Counted from the stretch's first letter, positions 13,618 to 28,446 are shown. The stretch: 64,000 bases of DNA from the human T2T-CHM13v2.0 reference genome, Homo sapiens (GCF_009914755.1 NC_060933.1); one strand, 5' to 3'. Numbers and translations are program-made. The notes: generated by a model not told the origin, from the sequence alone.

Positions 13618-15284
13618 TTTCTAAAAATTATCTGATTATCTTACTTGCCTGGGATTTCTTGGTTTGTGTTTGCTAGTAGATTCTTCATTTTCAGCCCGGG
13701 ATTCCCACAGGAATGGAAACCTGAGCCCTCTTTTTACTCAGTGTATTTCTATCATCTCGTGTTGAATAATTGATGGATTGTTTTCATTTTAGTCCGAACT
13801 TATTTAAAAAAACCACCTTTTCTCCCAGCCTGCTTATCAACTTCTACCCCCTTTACACAACTAGGGGTGCACATGCCTGAGAGCTCCATCAACTGACCCC
13901 ACTTCACCTGCAAAGCCCTTGTCCATGTCTATGGAGAGTAGCCCAAAGGCAATCAAAATAGTGAGACCAAGTAAATTTCCTCTGTAAGAAGTTCTGCTTG
14001 CTTTCCTCTGGATTTTGCCCCATTTCTCTGAGGCTCCAGCTGGTTTTCATGGCTATATACCCCACTTCTGGGTCCTTAGCCTCAACCTTTGTACACAGAG
14101 CAACAAGGAGTTTTTCATCTGCATCAGGCTAAATCATGGTCTTCCGTTCTCATAAACACGAAAGTTGCAGGAGCCTAAAGTTGACTTCGAAAGTGACATG
14201 CAGCTACACAGAGCTTTTGTTTGCCAAACACTTGCAAATCATTTTCCCCTACAAAAGCCCTTAAAATGTCAGCATTCTGAATATCTCTGCCCACGGGCCA
14301 CTCTCTTTCTTGGGCCTTGGCAGTGATTTACTGTCCAGGATCCACCAGCCCCAGACCCAGAGAAGGGTATGGATGTTTATAGCTCTCGAGGCACTTTTTC
14401 TGGAAATTTCTGGGGGGAAGTAAGGGCCCTTTCACTTTATGGCACTGAAACATTTTTGTGAAGGTATTTTTATTTTCAATAAGTGAACTCAACAAGTGGA
14501 TACTGAGTCAAGACTAGTGAGGTGTGTCAAAATGAAGCAGAGTTGAATGAAGAAAAAAAGGCCTTTAGTGTGATAACATTCTGGTTTTTCTTTTTTCTCT
14601 CTCTCATTCACTTTTCTATTTTTGAGGAGTAGAGTATATGGAAAACAGGCATTCAGCCTCTTTAAGAATCAGTTCTGTGTGTAAATCATAGTTACATGGA
14701 CTAAAAACAGATTCACGGATGTGGGCTATGGTGGAGGCTTCATTTCCCTGCACAGTTACCACGTGAAGGAGATAATTAGTCATCCTGTTCCCCCCTTTAA
14801 TCAAGACTTCAGGAAAATCAAACTTTGCTGTAAGACTATCATGAATCATCAAGAGAGAAGTAGAATTTATGTTGATTCATAAATGGGCCACAGAGGCATC
14901 TGGTGAGGTTCAGAGGAAGTCAAGACAGAACAAGGAGCAAGAGGCACGCCCGGTATTTCCCCAAACACATTTCTCTGTATTTAACCAACACAATATTCTC
15001 AAAAGCAAATGAAGAAAATAATAGCACACCATTTTTTATCCAGAAAGGAAAGATTAACCCAGATCTGAAATACATCATTGTAGTGTTCTAATTAAAGCAT
15101 ACTTCAGGCTCATATTTGGTGGAGGAATTGACTCCCTCCCCAAACCTACATTCCCTAGGCACAGAACAGGATGTAAGGAGAATCCCCAAGTCGCCCCAGA
15201 TCATTTCTCACTCTGCTTTTCCAGCTCTGACTGCATCTGACTCTACAGATGAGAAAACTGAAGATGATCTTCAAGAATGAAAAA

Positions 15285-15386
15285 TTTTAGAAAGTTTTGT
15301 GCAACAATGTTGAACCAAAAAATGAATATTTTGGACATAGCTAGATTTTATTTTGCTTTTATATTGAAGAGGTTGAAAGAAAATAA
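15285..15386 (+). repeat. Dispersed direct repeat, copy 1 (copy 2 at 16368-16469)
   Basis: 95 bp identical, then one mismatch and 6 more matches; offset 1083 bp. Confidence 0.95.
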
Positions 15387-16367
15387 AAAAAGCAGACTTT
15401 TTTTTAAATCAAGAAAATCTTGCAGATAAGGATAATGAAGAACTTTAAGGGCTTCTAAAAATAGATGGACATTCACATAAAAATCTAGCTTTTAGTAGCA
15501 TTTTATTCTTTTAAAACTTTGTTTATGCTATCTTCTTCCTTGCAGTTTCCATAGACAAGGCAAACATTTGTAGAAAGCTCATGTCCCAAACAGCTATATC
15601 AAGTAGGCAGTTTCATTTCTAGAAATCCAAATAAACTCATTTATTTTAAGACCAGTAAAATGACAATAACATAAAATAACTGGCTGGCTCTTCATGCTCC
15701 ATGAGCAAACATAGATGTATGTGCACTCACGTGCGCACACACACATGCAGATGCACACACAGACATGAATATAACTTCATTTAGCCAAGACAAACCATTC
15801 TGAAATAAAATATAAGGGTTTACTCAGTGACTTGGAAGACTGTTAGTTTTACCTGAAATCGGGAGAGAAGGAAAAAATACAACCAGGTCTTAAATGCCAA
15901 GGCCAGCACAAAGAAGAGCTGCTGTGATCAAGCATTTTTATCTTCATGCATGAGTTCAGAAGGTCACCCATATTTCCCTCTGTCTGTCTCCCATAATGCG
16001 ACAAAGTGAACATTCCTCATAGAGAAACCCCCATAGCATTCATCAATTTCACATTGTTTTCATTTTGTTTTATTGAAGTAGGATTTGCATATATTTTTTA
16101 AAGTACAGAAATATTAAGTATACAGCTAAGTGAATTTTACCTCTGAATACACACTTATATAGCCACTAGCTTGATGAAGATTTAGAACATTTCTGTCACC
16201 TCAGAATTTCCCCCAAATGCCTATGCCAGTCAATGAGCATTTGGGGTCTTAGAGGTCACTACTAGAACATTTTAAGTTTCGTCTGTATTCCACCAGCACA
16301 AAGATTGGTTTCTAAAAACTTGTAAGCCATTTGCTTTTCCTGTCTCGAAAATGGGTTACTAATTACT

Positions 16368-16469
16368 TTTTAGAAAGTTTTGTGCAACAATGTTGAACCA
16401 AAAAATGAATATTTTGGACATAGCTAGATTTTATTTTGCTTTTATATTGAAGAGGTTGAAAGCAAATAA
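16368..16469 (+). repeat. Dispersed direct repeat, copy 2
   Basis: Identical to 15285-15386 except A/C at position 96. Confidence 0.95.
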
Positions 16470-17030
16470 TTAATTAATGTTTTTTTTTTAAATTTATTGA
16501 GAATCAACTGTATTTAATTGGTAACTGGCTTTGCCCTGTATACACTGCTTCCCTTCCAGCCTCCTCAAGGGGATGGCTATTTACCTTCCTATTTGTTTTT
16601 TAAGTTTCCCCCTTGCATGCCACTGAGGCCGGAGGTGAGGTACGTGTCCTTGATCTAGGCCATTTATCCTCCTGTCGTCACACCCTTCCTTTCCCGCCCC
16701 ACCTCAGCTTCTCTGAAGTTCGGGCCACGAGACTGCGCCACAAGTTGCTTCTCCTTGGGACAGTCATCCACAGACCGCCTAGTCACTCCTCCTTATTTCT
16801 TGAAGAGTTGAGTTTATTCTTTATTTCACTGCCATTCTCCCCACTACTACTCCTGTTATGATTCTTCAAGATTTCAATATCCACAGAAAAAAATTTTTCA
16901 ATAATTTAGTTTCTTAATTCTCCCTCTTCTTCCTTACCTCCCATGAGCTTGCTTCCACTCTCACCTATCCAATCCAACCCTCCTCTAGACCTTCTCATTA
17001 CCATTAATTGTGTCTCTTCCATGATCCTGA

Positions 17031-17355
<325 letters not shown>

Positions 17356-17680
17356 AAGCTTTCCACTTTCTGACCATCATCTCCTGTCTTTTCTGATCAC
17401 ACCTCAGTAACCAAACTCCAACTCTTTGATCTCCTAGGACCTCTAACCACTGCTCCCTCCATCTTTTCATAGCTTCTCATCCCTCATGTCCTCTTGTCCC
17501 TTGACAGCATCTCCCCCTCCCACTACTTGCCCCATTTCTCTACTCTTTGTAGAAAAACTTACCCAAATAATTTTCTAAATTTATTATTTCTACATTATCT
17601 CTTCTGATCCTCTCTTGAACACATTCCAAGAGCTTTTTACCTCTATCACTCCACTAAACCTCCTGTCAATCCAATCCAAT

Positions 17681-17818
17681 GTTTATTTATTTATTTATTA
17701 TTTATGTATTTATTTATTTATTTATTTATTTTTGAGATGGAGTCTCACAGTGTCACCAGGGCTGGAGTGCAGTGGCTCAATCTGGGCTCACTGCAACCTC
17801 CGCCTCCCAGGTTCAACC
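17681..17818 (-). mobile_element. Truncated Alu with (TTTA)n tail
   Basis: gagatggagtctcac...ggctggagtgcagtggc...cactgcaacctccgcctccc. Confidence 0.85.
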
Positions 17819-17981
17819 GATTGTCTACCGCAGCCTTCCTGTTTATTTCTTACTTCTTTCTTGGTTTAGCTGCAGAATTTATGCCAGTTGATCATTTCTC
17901 CTTGAAGTACATTTTTTTGCTCTTGGCTTCTAAAGCACCATTTACTCCTAGTTTTCTTCTCATATGATTACCTTCTTATAA

Positions 17982-18254
<273 letters not shown>

Positions 18255-18708
18255 TAATCTCTAGTAAACGCCATTTGCTTGCTAAATGGCTCACAAATGT
18301 CTATCAGCAGCCTGGGTCGTTCTCCCGAATTTGAGACTTATTTATCTACCTGCTTTCTTGGATAGAAAATAAATACCTTAAACTTAGCATGTCCAAAGAT
18401 GAACTCTTATTACCCAATCCAAATTTGCTTTACCCCCATCTTTCCCATTTCAGTAAATAACTCCACTTAAATAACTCCATCTTTCCTGTTGTTCAAGCCC
18501 AAATCCTTGAAGCCTCCCTTCCTTGACGCCTTTTCTTCCCAGATCCTGCTTCCAATATAGTGTTAGTTACTCATGGCTCTGTCTTTGGAATATATTCAGA
18601 ATCTAGTCACTTCTCAATCCCCTTCTTTTTCTGCTTTCATCATTCCTTGCCAACATTACTGCAGCAGTCTTCTAAGGTCTCCCTGATTCTATCCCTCTGC
18701 TTTTCTTC

Positions 18709-18766
18709 AGTGTGTGTGTGTGTGTGTGTGTGTGCGCGTGCACACACACACACACACACACACACT
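18709..18766. repeat. Perfect inverted microsatellite AG(TG)12C-gcgt-G(CA)12CT
   Basis: 27-bp arms (18709-18735 and 18740-18766) are exact reverse complements; 4-nt loop. Confidence 0.95.
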
Positions 18767-19074
18767 TTATTTTTCTTTTGTTTTAATGCAGAAACCAAAG
18801 TACTTTTAAGCTCTAAATTGGACCTATAATTTCTCTGCCCAAAATCTGCCAGGGGCTTCCATCCCTCTCAGAATAAAATTCAAAGTTTTCACTGTAGCTT
18901 ATAAAACCCTCCCTGATTTGGCCCCTGCCTCTATCTCATATCCTGCAACTCTTCCCCCACATTCACTCTGCTCCAGCCACTCAGGCTATCATCTCAGGAC
19001 ATCATTATTTATTTGTTTCTTCCAGATATTGTCCATCTGGCTTCATTCAGGGCTTTGCTGAAATGTCAGCATCA

Positions 19075-19220
19075 CACCACCAAAAAGTGATAAACATGTG
19101 AGGTGACGGACACATTAATTAGCTTAATTTAGCCATTCCACATTGGGTATACACATATATCCAGTCATCATGTTGTACACCATAAATATATACAGTTTTT
19201 GTCCATTTTAAATAAATAAA
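19075..19220 (+). mobile_element. 5'-truncated L1MA 3' end
   Basis: atgtgaggtgacgg...ttaattagctt...catcatgttgtacaccataaatatataca...aataaa; degenerate TSD aaatgtca...atca on both sides. Confidence 0.8.
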
Positions 19221-20883
19221 TGTCACTATCAAAGACAATCCTCTCTAATTTATTTAAAGTATACAGATACTTCCTTCTTTTTCTGTCTACTTATCCTGTT
19301 TTCTTTTTCCTTCACATTCACCACCACCTGACATGGGATATTTATTGGTTTGTCATCTGTTGCCTCCACAAGAAAGTGAGCTCCATGATAACAATGGCTC
19401 AATGGCTTTGTTTGTTTCACTGCTGTTTTCCAATAGCTTTGAAATATAGGAGATGACCAAGAAACATGTGTTTCCTGAATAAATTAACTAATGAGAGCAT
19501 TTTATAATAATAGAACCCCTGTATCAGATTGACTTAGTCATCATCCATCTTTTGACCATCTTCTTTGGGCCACAATACCAATTGCAAAATAAAAACATTG
19601 AGAAACTGAAGACAAATGTGCTCATGAAAGATGGCGTTGATAACTATTTTAAAATATTTTTACAAACACACTGAGATGGTGGTTTGGGTCATATATTAGT
19701 CCAAAAGGAGAAAATCAAGTGGTGCCTATCTGTCAAAGAAAGATGGAAACACCAAGGAAAGTCAAGGCTTAATATGTACACATTGGCTAAATGAATCAAA
19801 GATGTAAGCACTAGAAATTTTTCAAGAAAATTTGTGTATGACACTTTGATGGCCCGCGGAGGACTCTGAGTCACTGTATATCTATTATGTTTCACTGATG
19901 ATAGATGTAATCTGTCTCCTTGGCTCTCAAAAGTAAGAAAACACCTCTACACAGGAAAAACATAATAAATTTTATTTGCAAATTAATATCTCTGACCATT
20001 GTTCTGACACTCTTGAAAAATGTTTCAGATGTGGAAAGAGTTCTTTTGAAAGATTTATTTTATTTGCTTTAGCAGAGCATGAGAGCAGTGATGCACTGAC
20101 ACAGAGAGTGGGGAAGGGGTGGCTGTGTTTTATTTGCACTACATTTAATTTGTGTTTGACACATGTGCAGCATGGGCTGGTGGGAAGAACCTGGAGCATG
20201 AATGGAGAGATGAACTATGAAAACCTAGACATCAAGGCATCCAGGCCTCCAACAAGGATAAAATCCCTACCTCTCACCTTGGTCTCCATGTGCCTCTCTG
20301 CTCACTATAATCTAACCAAAGTGGCTTTACTCTAATAATTATTAGTTGTTTAGGAAATAGTTAATAACTAAATATTTCTCTGATACCTAATAATGTTAAA
20401 CTTCTTTTCATATGTTCACTAGCCCTTTACATTTCCTTGTTTGTTTTTTGTGTCGGGTTCGGAACTTTCTCCTTCCTCTGCCCACAATTCATTCCCCTGA
20501 TCTTCCCTCAACTGTCCCTTCTCCTCTCTGCTACCTCAACACAAATATCACCTCCTCACACTGCAGCTGACCATCCCATGCAATGACACTCCCACCCTGC
20601 TCACGCTCTCTTTCTGACATTACCCCGTTTTATTTTCTTCTTAGACTTTACCATTGTCTGCAATTATCTTGTTTCCTTATTTGTGGACGTGCTGATTAAA
20701 TGCTCCACCCCTTTTGTAACTGAACAAAATTTCCGTGAAGGCAGAGACTGTGTCTGTTTTGCTAAGATCTGTGTCACCAGTACTGGAGCTGTGCCTAATA
20801 CAAGTATTTTTTGAGGGAGGAAAAATGATGTCTCGTTTCTGAACCTGAGCTCCTTGTCTCTAGAATGAAGGGTTGGATGAGAT

Positions 20884-21063
20884 CAGTGTTCTCTAAGTGG
20901 GGACCCAGATCAGCAGCACCAGCCCTGCCTGGGAACTTGTCAGAAATGCAGGTTCTCAGGCCCTTCCCAGACCTGCTGCTTTGGAGACTCTGGTATGGGA
21001 CCCAGTGATCTGTGGTTTAGCAGCCCTGCAGATGTCTGGATATGCCCTGGAGTGTGAGAGCAT
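20884..21063. mobile_element. MER5A
   Basis: cagtgttctctaagtg...cagcagcaccagc...tgggaacttgtcagaaatgca. Confidence 0.75.
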
Positions 21064-22779
21064 CACATGCTCTCTGAGGCCTCTTCTCTTCTTTATGCTT
21101 AACTTCTTGGCTTTGTTAGTTACAAAGGTTATTTCATATATAGAAATGAGAACAGAGAATAACTCAGTGACTAGCCTGTTCCCAATGGCTGGATTGAGCA
21201 AATCTTAGCATTATGTTGTATTTATTTCAAAGTACTTAAAAATGCATTTCAAATATAGTTGAAGTTTACTGTATATGACTTTTTCCCAGTCCCATTCTCC
21301 TCCTATTTTCTACAGAGAGAAGTCACGATAATAAATTCAGTGCTCATCATTTTCAAAGTACTTATATAAATTTACATTTCTGCTAACAGGGCATTAGAAT
21401 TGCGATTTCTCCATATACTTCCAATATTTGGGATTTGTCAGAGATTTTAAATCTTGTGAATTGATGAATGTGAAATATTATTGGAATGTTAATTTGCATT
21501 TTCCAAATAACAAATGATGCTTAACTTCTTGTGTTTGCTAACCACTTAGGTTTCCTATTAAGTGATCAAACACTATTTCTCCATCAGCTATGTGGTTACA
21601 AATATCTTTTTCAAGAGTGTAACTTTTCCGTCTTTGTTTCTGATACTTTTTGTTATACAGAATTTTAATGTATTTATTATTTCCTTTATGGTAAGTAGTT
21701 CTAAAATTACCTAAGAAAACCTTCCTTACCCCCAAGATGATAATGATATTCTCCAAAATTTTATAATAAATGTTAAACTTTTCACACTGAGTCTTCAACG
21801 CCCTATCTTTGTATATGGTGTGAGGAAGGGATTCAAATTTTTTTAATCTTTCTATAATAGAAGATTGGGATCTTGTTTTTCCTTTCATTCAACATGAAAA
21901 AAATTACCTATATATAGAACCTCTGCCCTAATGGTACTTACAGTCTTTTGCAGAAGAGAAATCGTAAACAAATAAGCAAATATATAAGTAGTAATAGTGA
22001 ATATTTACATAGGCCTTACCTGTTTGAGGCACTAAGCCCTTTATTTAACTTATTTAGTTGCCAGGATTTCTTCATGAGGTAGGAGCAATTAATAGCCTCA
22101 TTCTGCACATGAAAAAATTAAGGCATAAAACAGTTCAGGACCTTTCTCAAAATTGTACAGCCTGTATGGGAGAGCCAGGATTTCAATCCACACGGTTCAC
22201 ATCTTGAATCTGTGCTTCCAAACCTGACATTACACTGCACTGCTTCTCATCTTTGTTATGGTAAGAGCTGTGATAGAAAGACATGTGGATTCAGATGGGG
22301 AAGTCTCTTAGCTGAGGATCAGGGAGTAAGTCTCTCAGAAGGTGATAGTTAGGCTAGGACCTCAAGGATGAGAAGAAAGCAGCTTTTCCATCCACCAGGA
22401 AGTGTCTAGCTCTGCTTCTCTAGGTCTTAAACAGGTCAGAGAACACAAAAGAAAGGAAGCAATATATCCACTGTTTAGAGTGAGCTGAGTAATGACTAAG
22501 ACATAGTTCTCAGTGGCCACAAAATTTAAAGCCCCTCCTCCCCTCCTTGCAAGAAGAGCAAAACCCAACTCTGTGCCTTGGTGTATGCAGCAGCTGACAC
22601 ACGTATGCCATCTACACAGTGGACTACACCCTGAACATGACAGCTTCTCCTCTCCCATTTAAGAAAGTCTATCATTAGGAAATGGCATGTTGTCCTCTTT
22701 GGAATGGTTTCTTCTCGTATTACTTTCTTTTGTCTGTATTCTTGGCAAGACAGAGACACCTTTGTAAAACCATCATGGG

Positions 22780-22962
22780 AGCTCCACACAGAAGGATATA
22801 AAACTAATGATGCTGATGAGCAAAACAAAACAAAAAACAAATAAACAAAAAAACTTGCAAAAACTCATAGTGTTTTTAAAAAGTTTATGAATTTGTTTTG
22901 GGCCACATTCAAAGCTGTCCTGGGCTACATGCAGCCTGTGGGCTATGGGTTGGACTAGGTTG
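22780..22962. mobile_element. MER30 (hAT-Charlie) fragment
   Basis: aagtttatgaatttgttttgggccacattcaaagctgtcctgggc...gggttggac. Confidence 0.8.
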
Positions 22963-24112
22963 CCATATACCATATATGAGATGCCATATATCATCATCAT
23001 ATATGATGAACCTACAGCTAACATCACGCTGAATGGGAAAAAGCCTTTTTGTCTAAGAATTAGAAGACAAGAATGCCCACTTTCACCCCTCCTATTCAAC
23101 ATAGTACTGTAAGTCCTAGCTAGAGCAATCATGCAAGAAAAAGAAATAAAAGGCATCTAAATTAGGAAAAAGGAAATTAAATTGTCCCTTTTTGCATATG
23201 ACATGATCTAATATTTTAAAAATTTTAAAGACACTACCAGAAAACTCTTACATCTCATAAAGAAGTTCAGTAAAGTTTCAAGACACAAAATTAACATACA
23301 AAAATCAGTAGCGCTTCTCTACACCAATAATGAATTGGCTAAAAAAGAAATCAAGAAAGCAACCTCATTTACAATGGCTACAAAAAAGTACCTAGGAATA
23401 AATGTAACCAAGGAGGTAAAAGATCTCTACAAGAAAAACTACAAAACATTGATGAAAGACATTGAAGAAGACACAAACAAATATAAAGACATCCCATGGT
23501 CATTGAATGGAAGAATTAATATGGTTAAAATGACCACACTGCCCAAAGTAATGGACAGATTCAATGCAATCCCTATCAAAATACCAAAAAACCAATGTTT
23601 TTCACAGAAATACAAAAAACAAAAAAAATTGTGCGGAACCAAAAAAAGCCTGAATAGCCAAAGCAATCCTCAGCAAAAAGAACAAAGATGGAGACATTGC
23701 ACTACCTGACTTCAAAATATACTACAAGGCTATAGTAACCAAAACAGCATGGTATTAATATGAAAACAGACACATAGACCAATGGAACAAAATAGAGAAT
23801 GCAGAAATAAACCCATGTATTTACAGCCACCTAATTTTTGACAGACAACAATAACATACATTGGGGAAAGGACACTTTCTTCAATAAATGTTATTGGGAA
23901 AACTAGATATTCATATGCAGAAGAATGAAAGTAGACCCCTATCTCCTATCATATACAAAAATATACTCAAAATGGATTAAAGACTTAAACACAAGACCTG
24001 AAACTATAAAACTACTAGAAGAAAACATACAAAAAACATTCCAGGACATAGTTGTAGGCAAAAATTCTATGGCGAAGACCCTAAAAGCATAGGCAATAAA
24101 AAAACAAAAATA

Positions 24113-24427
<315 letters not shown>

Positions 24428-24848
24428 TTATACTAAAAGGCTTCTGCACAGCAAGGGAAACAATCAGTAGAGCACCTGTTGCATGAAAAAAAAAAAGATT
24501 TGCAAAATATTCATCCAACAAGTGAGTAGTTTCCAGAATATACAAAGAATTCAAACAACTCAACAGCAAAAAACAAATGATATAATTAAAACATGAGCAA
24601 GTGATCTAATAGATATTTCTCAAAAGAAGACATGCGAATAGCCAACAGATAAGTAACAAAATGCTCAACATCACTAATCATTAGAGAAAAATCAAAACCA
24701 CAATATCAAAACCACAATGTTAGAGTGGCTATTATAACAGATACTTGCAAGGATGCAGAGAAAAGAGAACTGAAATACACTGTTGGAGTATGAAAGTGTG
24801 AATGTAAATTAGTACAACCTTTATGAAAACAGTATGGCGTTTTCTCAA

Positions 24849-26064
24849 CAGAAACTGGACCCCTTCCTTATACCTTATACAAAAATTAACTCAAGATGGA
24901 TTAAAGACTTAAATGTAAAACCCCAAACCATAAAAACCCTAGAAGAAAACCTAGGTAATATCATTCAGGACATAGGCATGGGCAAAGACTTCATGACTTA
25001 AACACCAAAAGCAATTGCAACAAAAGCCAAAAGTGACAAATGGGATCTAATCAAACTGAAGAGCTTCTGCACAGCAAAAGAAACTATCACCAGAGTGAAC
25101 AGGCAACCTACAGAATGGGAGAAAATTTTTGCAATCTACCCATCTGACAAAGGGCTAATATCCAGAATCTACAAAGAACTTAAATGATTTTACAAGAAAA
25201 AAACAACCCTATCAAAAAGTGGGCAAAGTATATGAACAGACACTTCTTAAAAGAAGACATTTATGCAGGCAACAAACATATGAAAAAAAGTTCATCATCG
25301 CTGGTCATTAGAGAAATGCAAACCAAAACCACAATGAGATACAATCTCAGGCCAGCTAGAATAGTGATTATTAAAAAGGCAGGAAACAACAGATGCTGGA
25401 GAGGCTACAGAGAAATAGGAATGCTTTCACACTGTTGGTGGGAGTGTAAATGAGTTCAACCATTGTGGAAGACAGTGTGGCAATTCCTTAAGGATCTACA
25501 ATCAGAAATACCATTTGACCCAGCAATCCCATTACTGGGTATGTACCCAAAGGTTTATAAATCATTCTACTATAAAGACACATGCACATGTATGTTTATT
25601 GCAGCACTATTTACAATAGCAAAGACTTGGAACCACCCCAAATGCCCATCAATGATAGACTGGATAAAGAAAATATGGCACATACACACCATGAAATATT
25701 ATGCAGCCATAAAAAATGAGTTCATGTTCTTTGCAGGTACACGGATGAAGCTGGAAGCCATCCTTCTCTGCAAACTAACACAGGAACAGAAAACCAAACA
25801 CCACATGTTTGCACTCATAAGCGGGAGTTTAACAATGAGAACACATGGACACAGGGAGGGGAACATCACACACTGGGGCCTGTCGGGGGTAGGGAAAAGG
25901 GGAGGGAGAGCATTAGGACAAATACCTAATGCAGGCCAGGCTTAAAACCTAGAAGATGGGTTGATAGGTACAGCAAACCACCATGGTACATGTATATCTA
26001 TGTAACAAACCTGCACGTTCTGCACACATATCGCAGAACTTAAAATAAAATTTAAAAAAAAAAG
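24849..26064 (+). mobile_element. 5'-truncated L1PA (approx. PA8-10) nested in L1MA
   Basis: ORF2 C-terminal remnants (ORFs 25184-25453 and 25463-25945), L1PA 3'UTR and A tail; flanking duplication at 24825-24848 / 26065-26088. Confidence 0.9.
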
Positions 26065-26485
26065 GAAAATAGTATGGGGTTTTCTTAAAAAACTAAAAAT
26101 AGAACTATTATAAGATCTAGCAATCTCACTACTGGGTATTCATTCAAAGAAAAGAAAATCAGTATATCAAAGAGATATATGTATCCCCATGTTTCTTGCA
26201 ACACTATTCACAATAGCAAAGATATGAAATCAACCAAAGTATTCACCAACAGATGAATGGATAAAGAAAGTGTGGTGTATTTACACAGTGGAATACTATT
26301 CAGCCATAAAAATGAACAAAATCATGTCATTTGCAGCCACATGGGTGGAACTGCAAATATTGTTTAGTTAAACAAGCCAGGCACAGAAAGACAAATATTA
26401 CTTGTATTCACTCATATGAGGAGGCTAAAATCATTGATTTCATGGAGGTAAACAGTAGAATGATAGTCACCAGAGGAAGAGAAGG

Positions 26486-26486
<1 letters not shown>

Positions 26487-26531
<45 letters not shown>
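26487..26531. repeat. (TG)22 microsatellite
   Basis: Direct read. Confidence 0.95.
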
Positions 26532-26533
<2 letters not shown>

Positions 26534-27940
26534 GGGGAGACACTGGCTAATAGGTACAAACTTACAGTTAAATGGAAGGAATAAGTTCTCATGCTTCATA
26601 GTAGAGTAGGGTAACTATAAGTTAACAACAATATACTATACATTTCAAAAGAGCCAGAAGTGAGGATCTGGAATGTTCTCAACACACAGAAATGACACAT
26701 GCTAGTGGTGATAAATATCCTAAATACCCTGACTTAATCATTACATATTCTATATATGTAACCAAATATCACATGGATCCCATAAATATGTATAAATATA
26801 ATGTATCAATTTAAAAAAGAAGCCAGTAAGCAAATTTTATTTTATTGGATTTCTACAGAATTGTTTTTTATGAAATTGTGCTTTGGGCATACCAAGATCT
26901 TATGCAAAGGGCCATAGAAAAAAACCTTACGAGGCTTCAATATCCAAGGAAAGTACATTGTTGAGGACATCAATCATTATGTAATGTTCAGGAGGACACC
27001 AGGAAGAATTACATATCTTGCTTTAGAAGAATAATTGAAATCTTTTTCAGTGATGCATTTTGTTCTTTTCCATCTTAAAAACATTGTCAATTGTATAAGT
27101 GGCCAGGTTAGGGCCATATCTTAAACCTGAACAGATTTAGATCGATACACAATGAACTTTTTAAGCTTCATTTCTTCCTTCACGGCATTCTTTCTCTAAT
27201 GTATCTTTTTTCTTTCATCTAAAGTGTATTTAACACTCTATTTTATATTATACTTGTTTTCATAATCCACTAACTCACTCCTGGAATTAAGTGAAATATA
27301 AACAATAAATAATCTCTTAAGGGCTAACACTTGGAAAATGCTAAATTCTAAATACCCTTGAAGTCTCAGTGACCAAAATATAGTTGGACTTTAAGAAACA
27401 TAGCAAGTTGCATCACTTCTTCCTCAGGCTGTATCTTCCCAAATCTTAAGGGAAAGGGAGAGGCAGTTTCACTCTGCTACATTGAAACAAACATCCTCCC
27501 CTATGCTCAGTTACCATCTCTGTTGTTTTGACCCTCAGGATGTGGTTATTTGAAAATTCTAGTTGCACTCCTTGTCAAAATTACTCAAGTAACATTGAGG
27601 ACACACTTGGATTCTCTAGTCAAGGAATTCTGACTTTAAGATGACTATAGGTGTATTGATGGATGAGTGGAGGTCATTATAGAGCATATTTCCTAATCTC
27701 ATTCTTTCTTCCATTATGTTCTTATCCCGTTCCATTTTTCTCTTTTTGCCTTATTTATATGTGATATGACATGCCCTTTATCTTCTGTTATATCTTGTTA
27801 TACACTATTAATTCATTTCTGAAACTAGGTGGGATATAAATTAATATATTGTTTCCTGCTCTGTGGGTTTTACAACCTCTAAATTGTAAATTGGTGAAGT
27901 CACCAAACCTCAAGCAGGCATTTTGGTGTTACTGTACTTT

Positions 27941-28446
27941 TGATGGGCAGAATAATGCCTCTCCCTGCAAAGATGTCCACATTTTAATCCTGAAAACCTA
28001 TGGATATGTTACCTTACACAGCAAAAGGGACTTTGCAGATGTAATTCAGGTTATGGACCTTGAGGTGAGGAGATTATCCCGGTTTACCTGAACAGTTCCA
28101 ATATAATCAGAAGGGTCCTGATAAGAGGGAGGTTGGGGGGGATAAGACTCAGAGAAGAAGACTTGATGAGGGAAATAGGGCTAAGAGTCAAAGGGGGATT
28201 TGAACAGATTATGCTGCTGCTTTGAGGATGGGGGAAGGGGCCACAGAGCCAAAGAATGCAAGTCGCCTCTACAAGCTGGAGACAGGCCAGGAGACTAGAA
28301 CCTCCAGAAGAAACACAGCACTGCCGACACCTTCATTTAGCCCAGTGAGATTCCTGACTTACAGAACTATAAAATAACAAATTTGTGTTGTTTTATGCCA
28401 GAAAGTCTGTGGGCATTTGTTAAAGCAGCAGCAGGAATTGAATACA
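27941..28446 (+). mobile_element. MLT1D solo LTR
   Basis: gggcagaataatg...aaagatgtccac...gggactttgcagatg ... gcagcagcaggaattgaataca. Confidence 0.85.

Noticed and set aside
15285-16469. Direct repeats read as LTRs of a novel mini-retroelement
   Set aside because: No TG...CA termini, PBS, PPT or TSD, and the interior is ordinary mixed sequence with an old L1 fragment.
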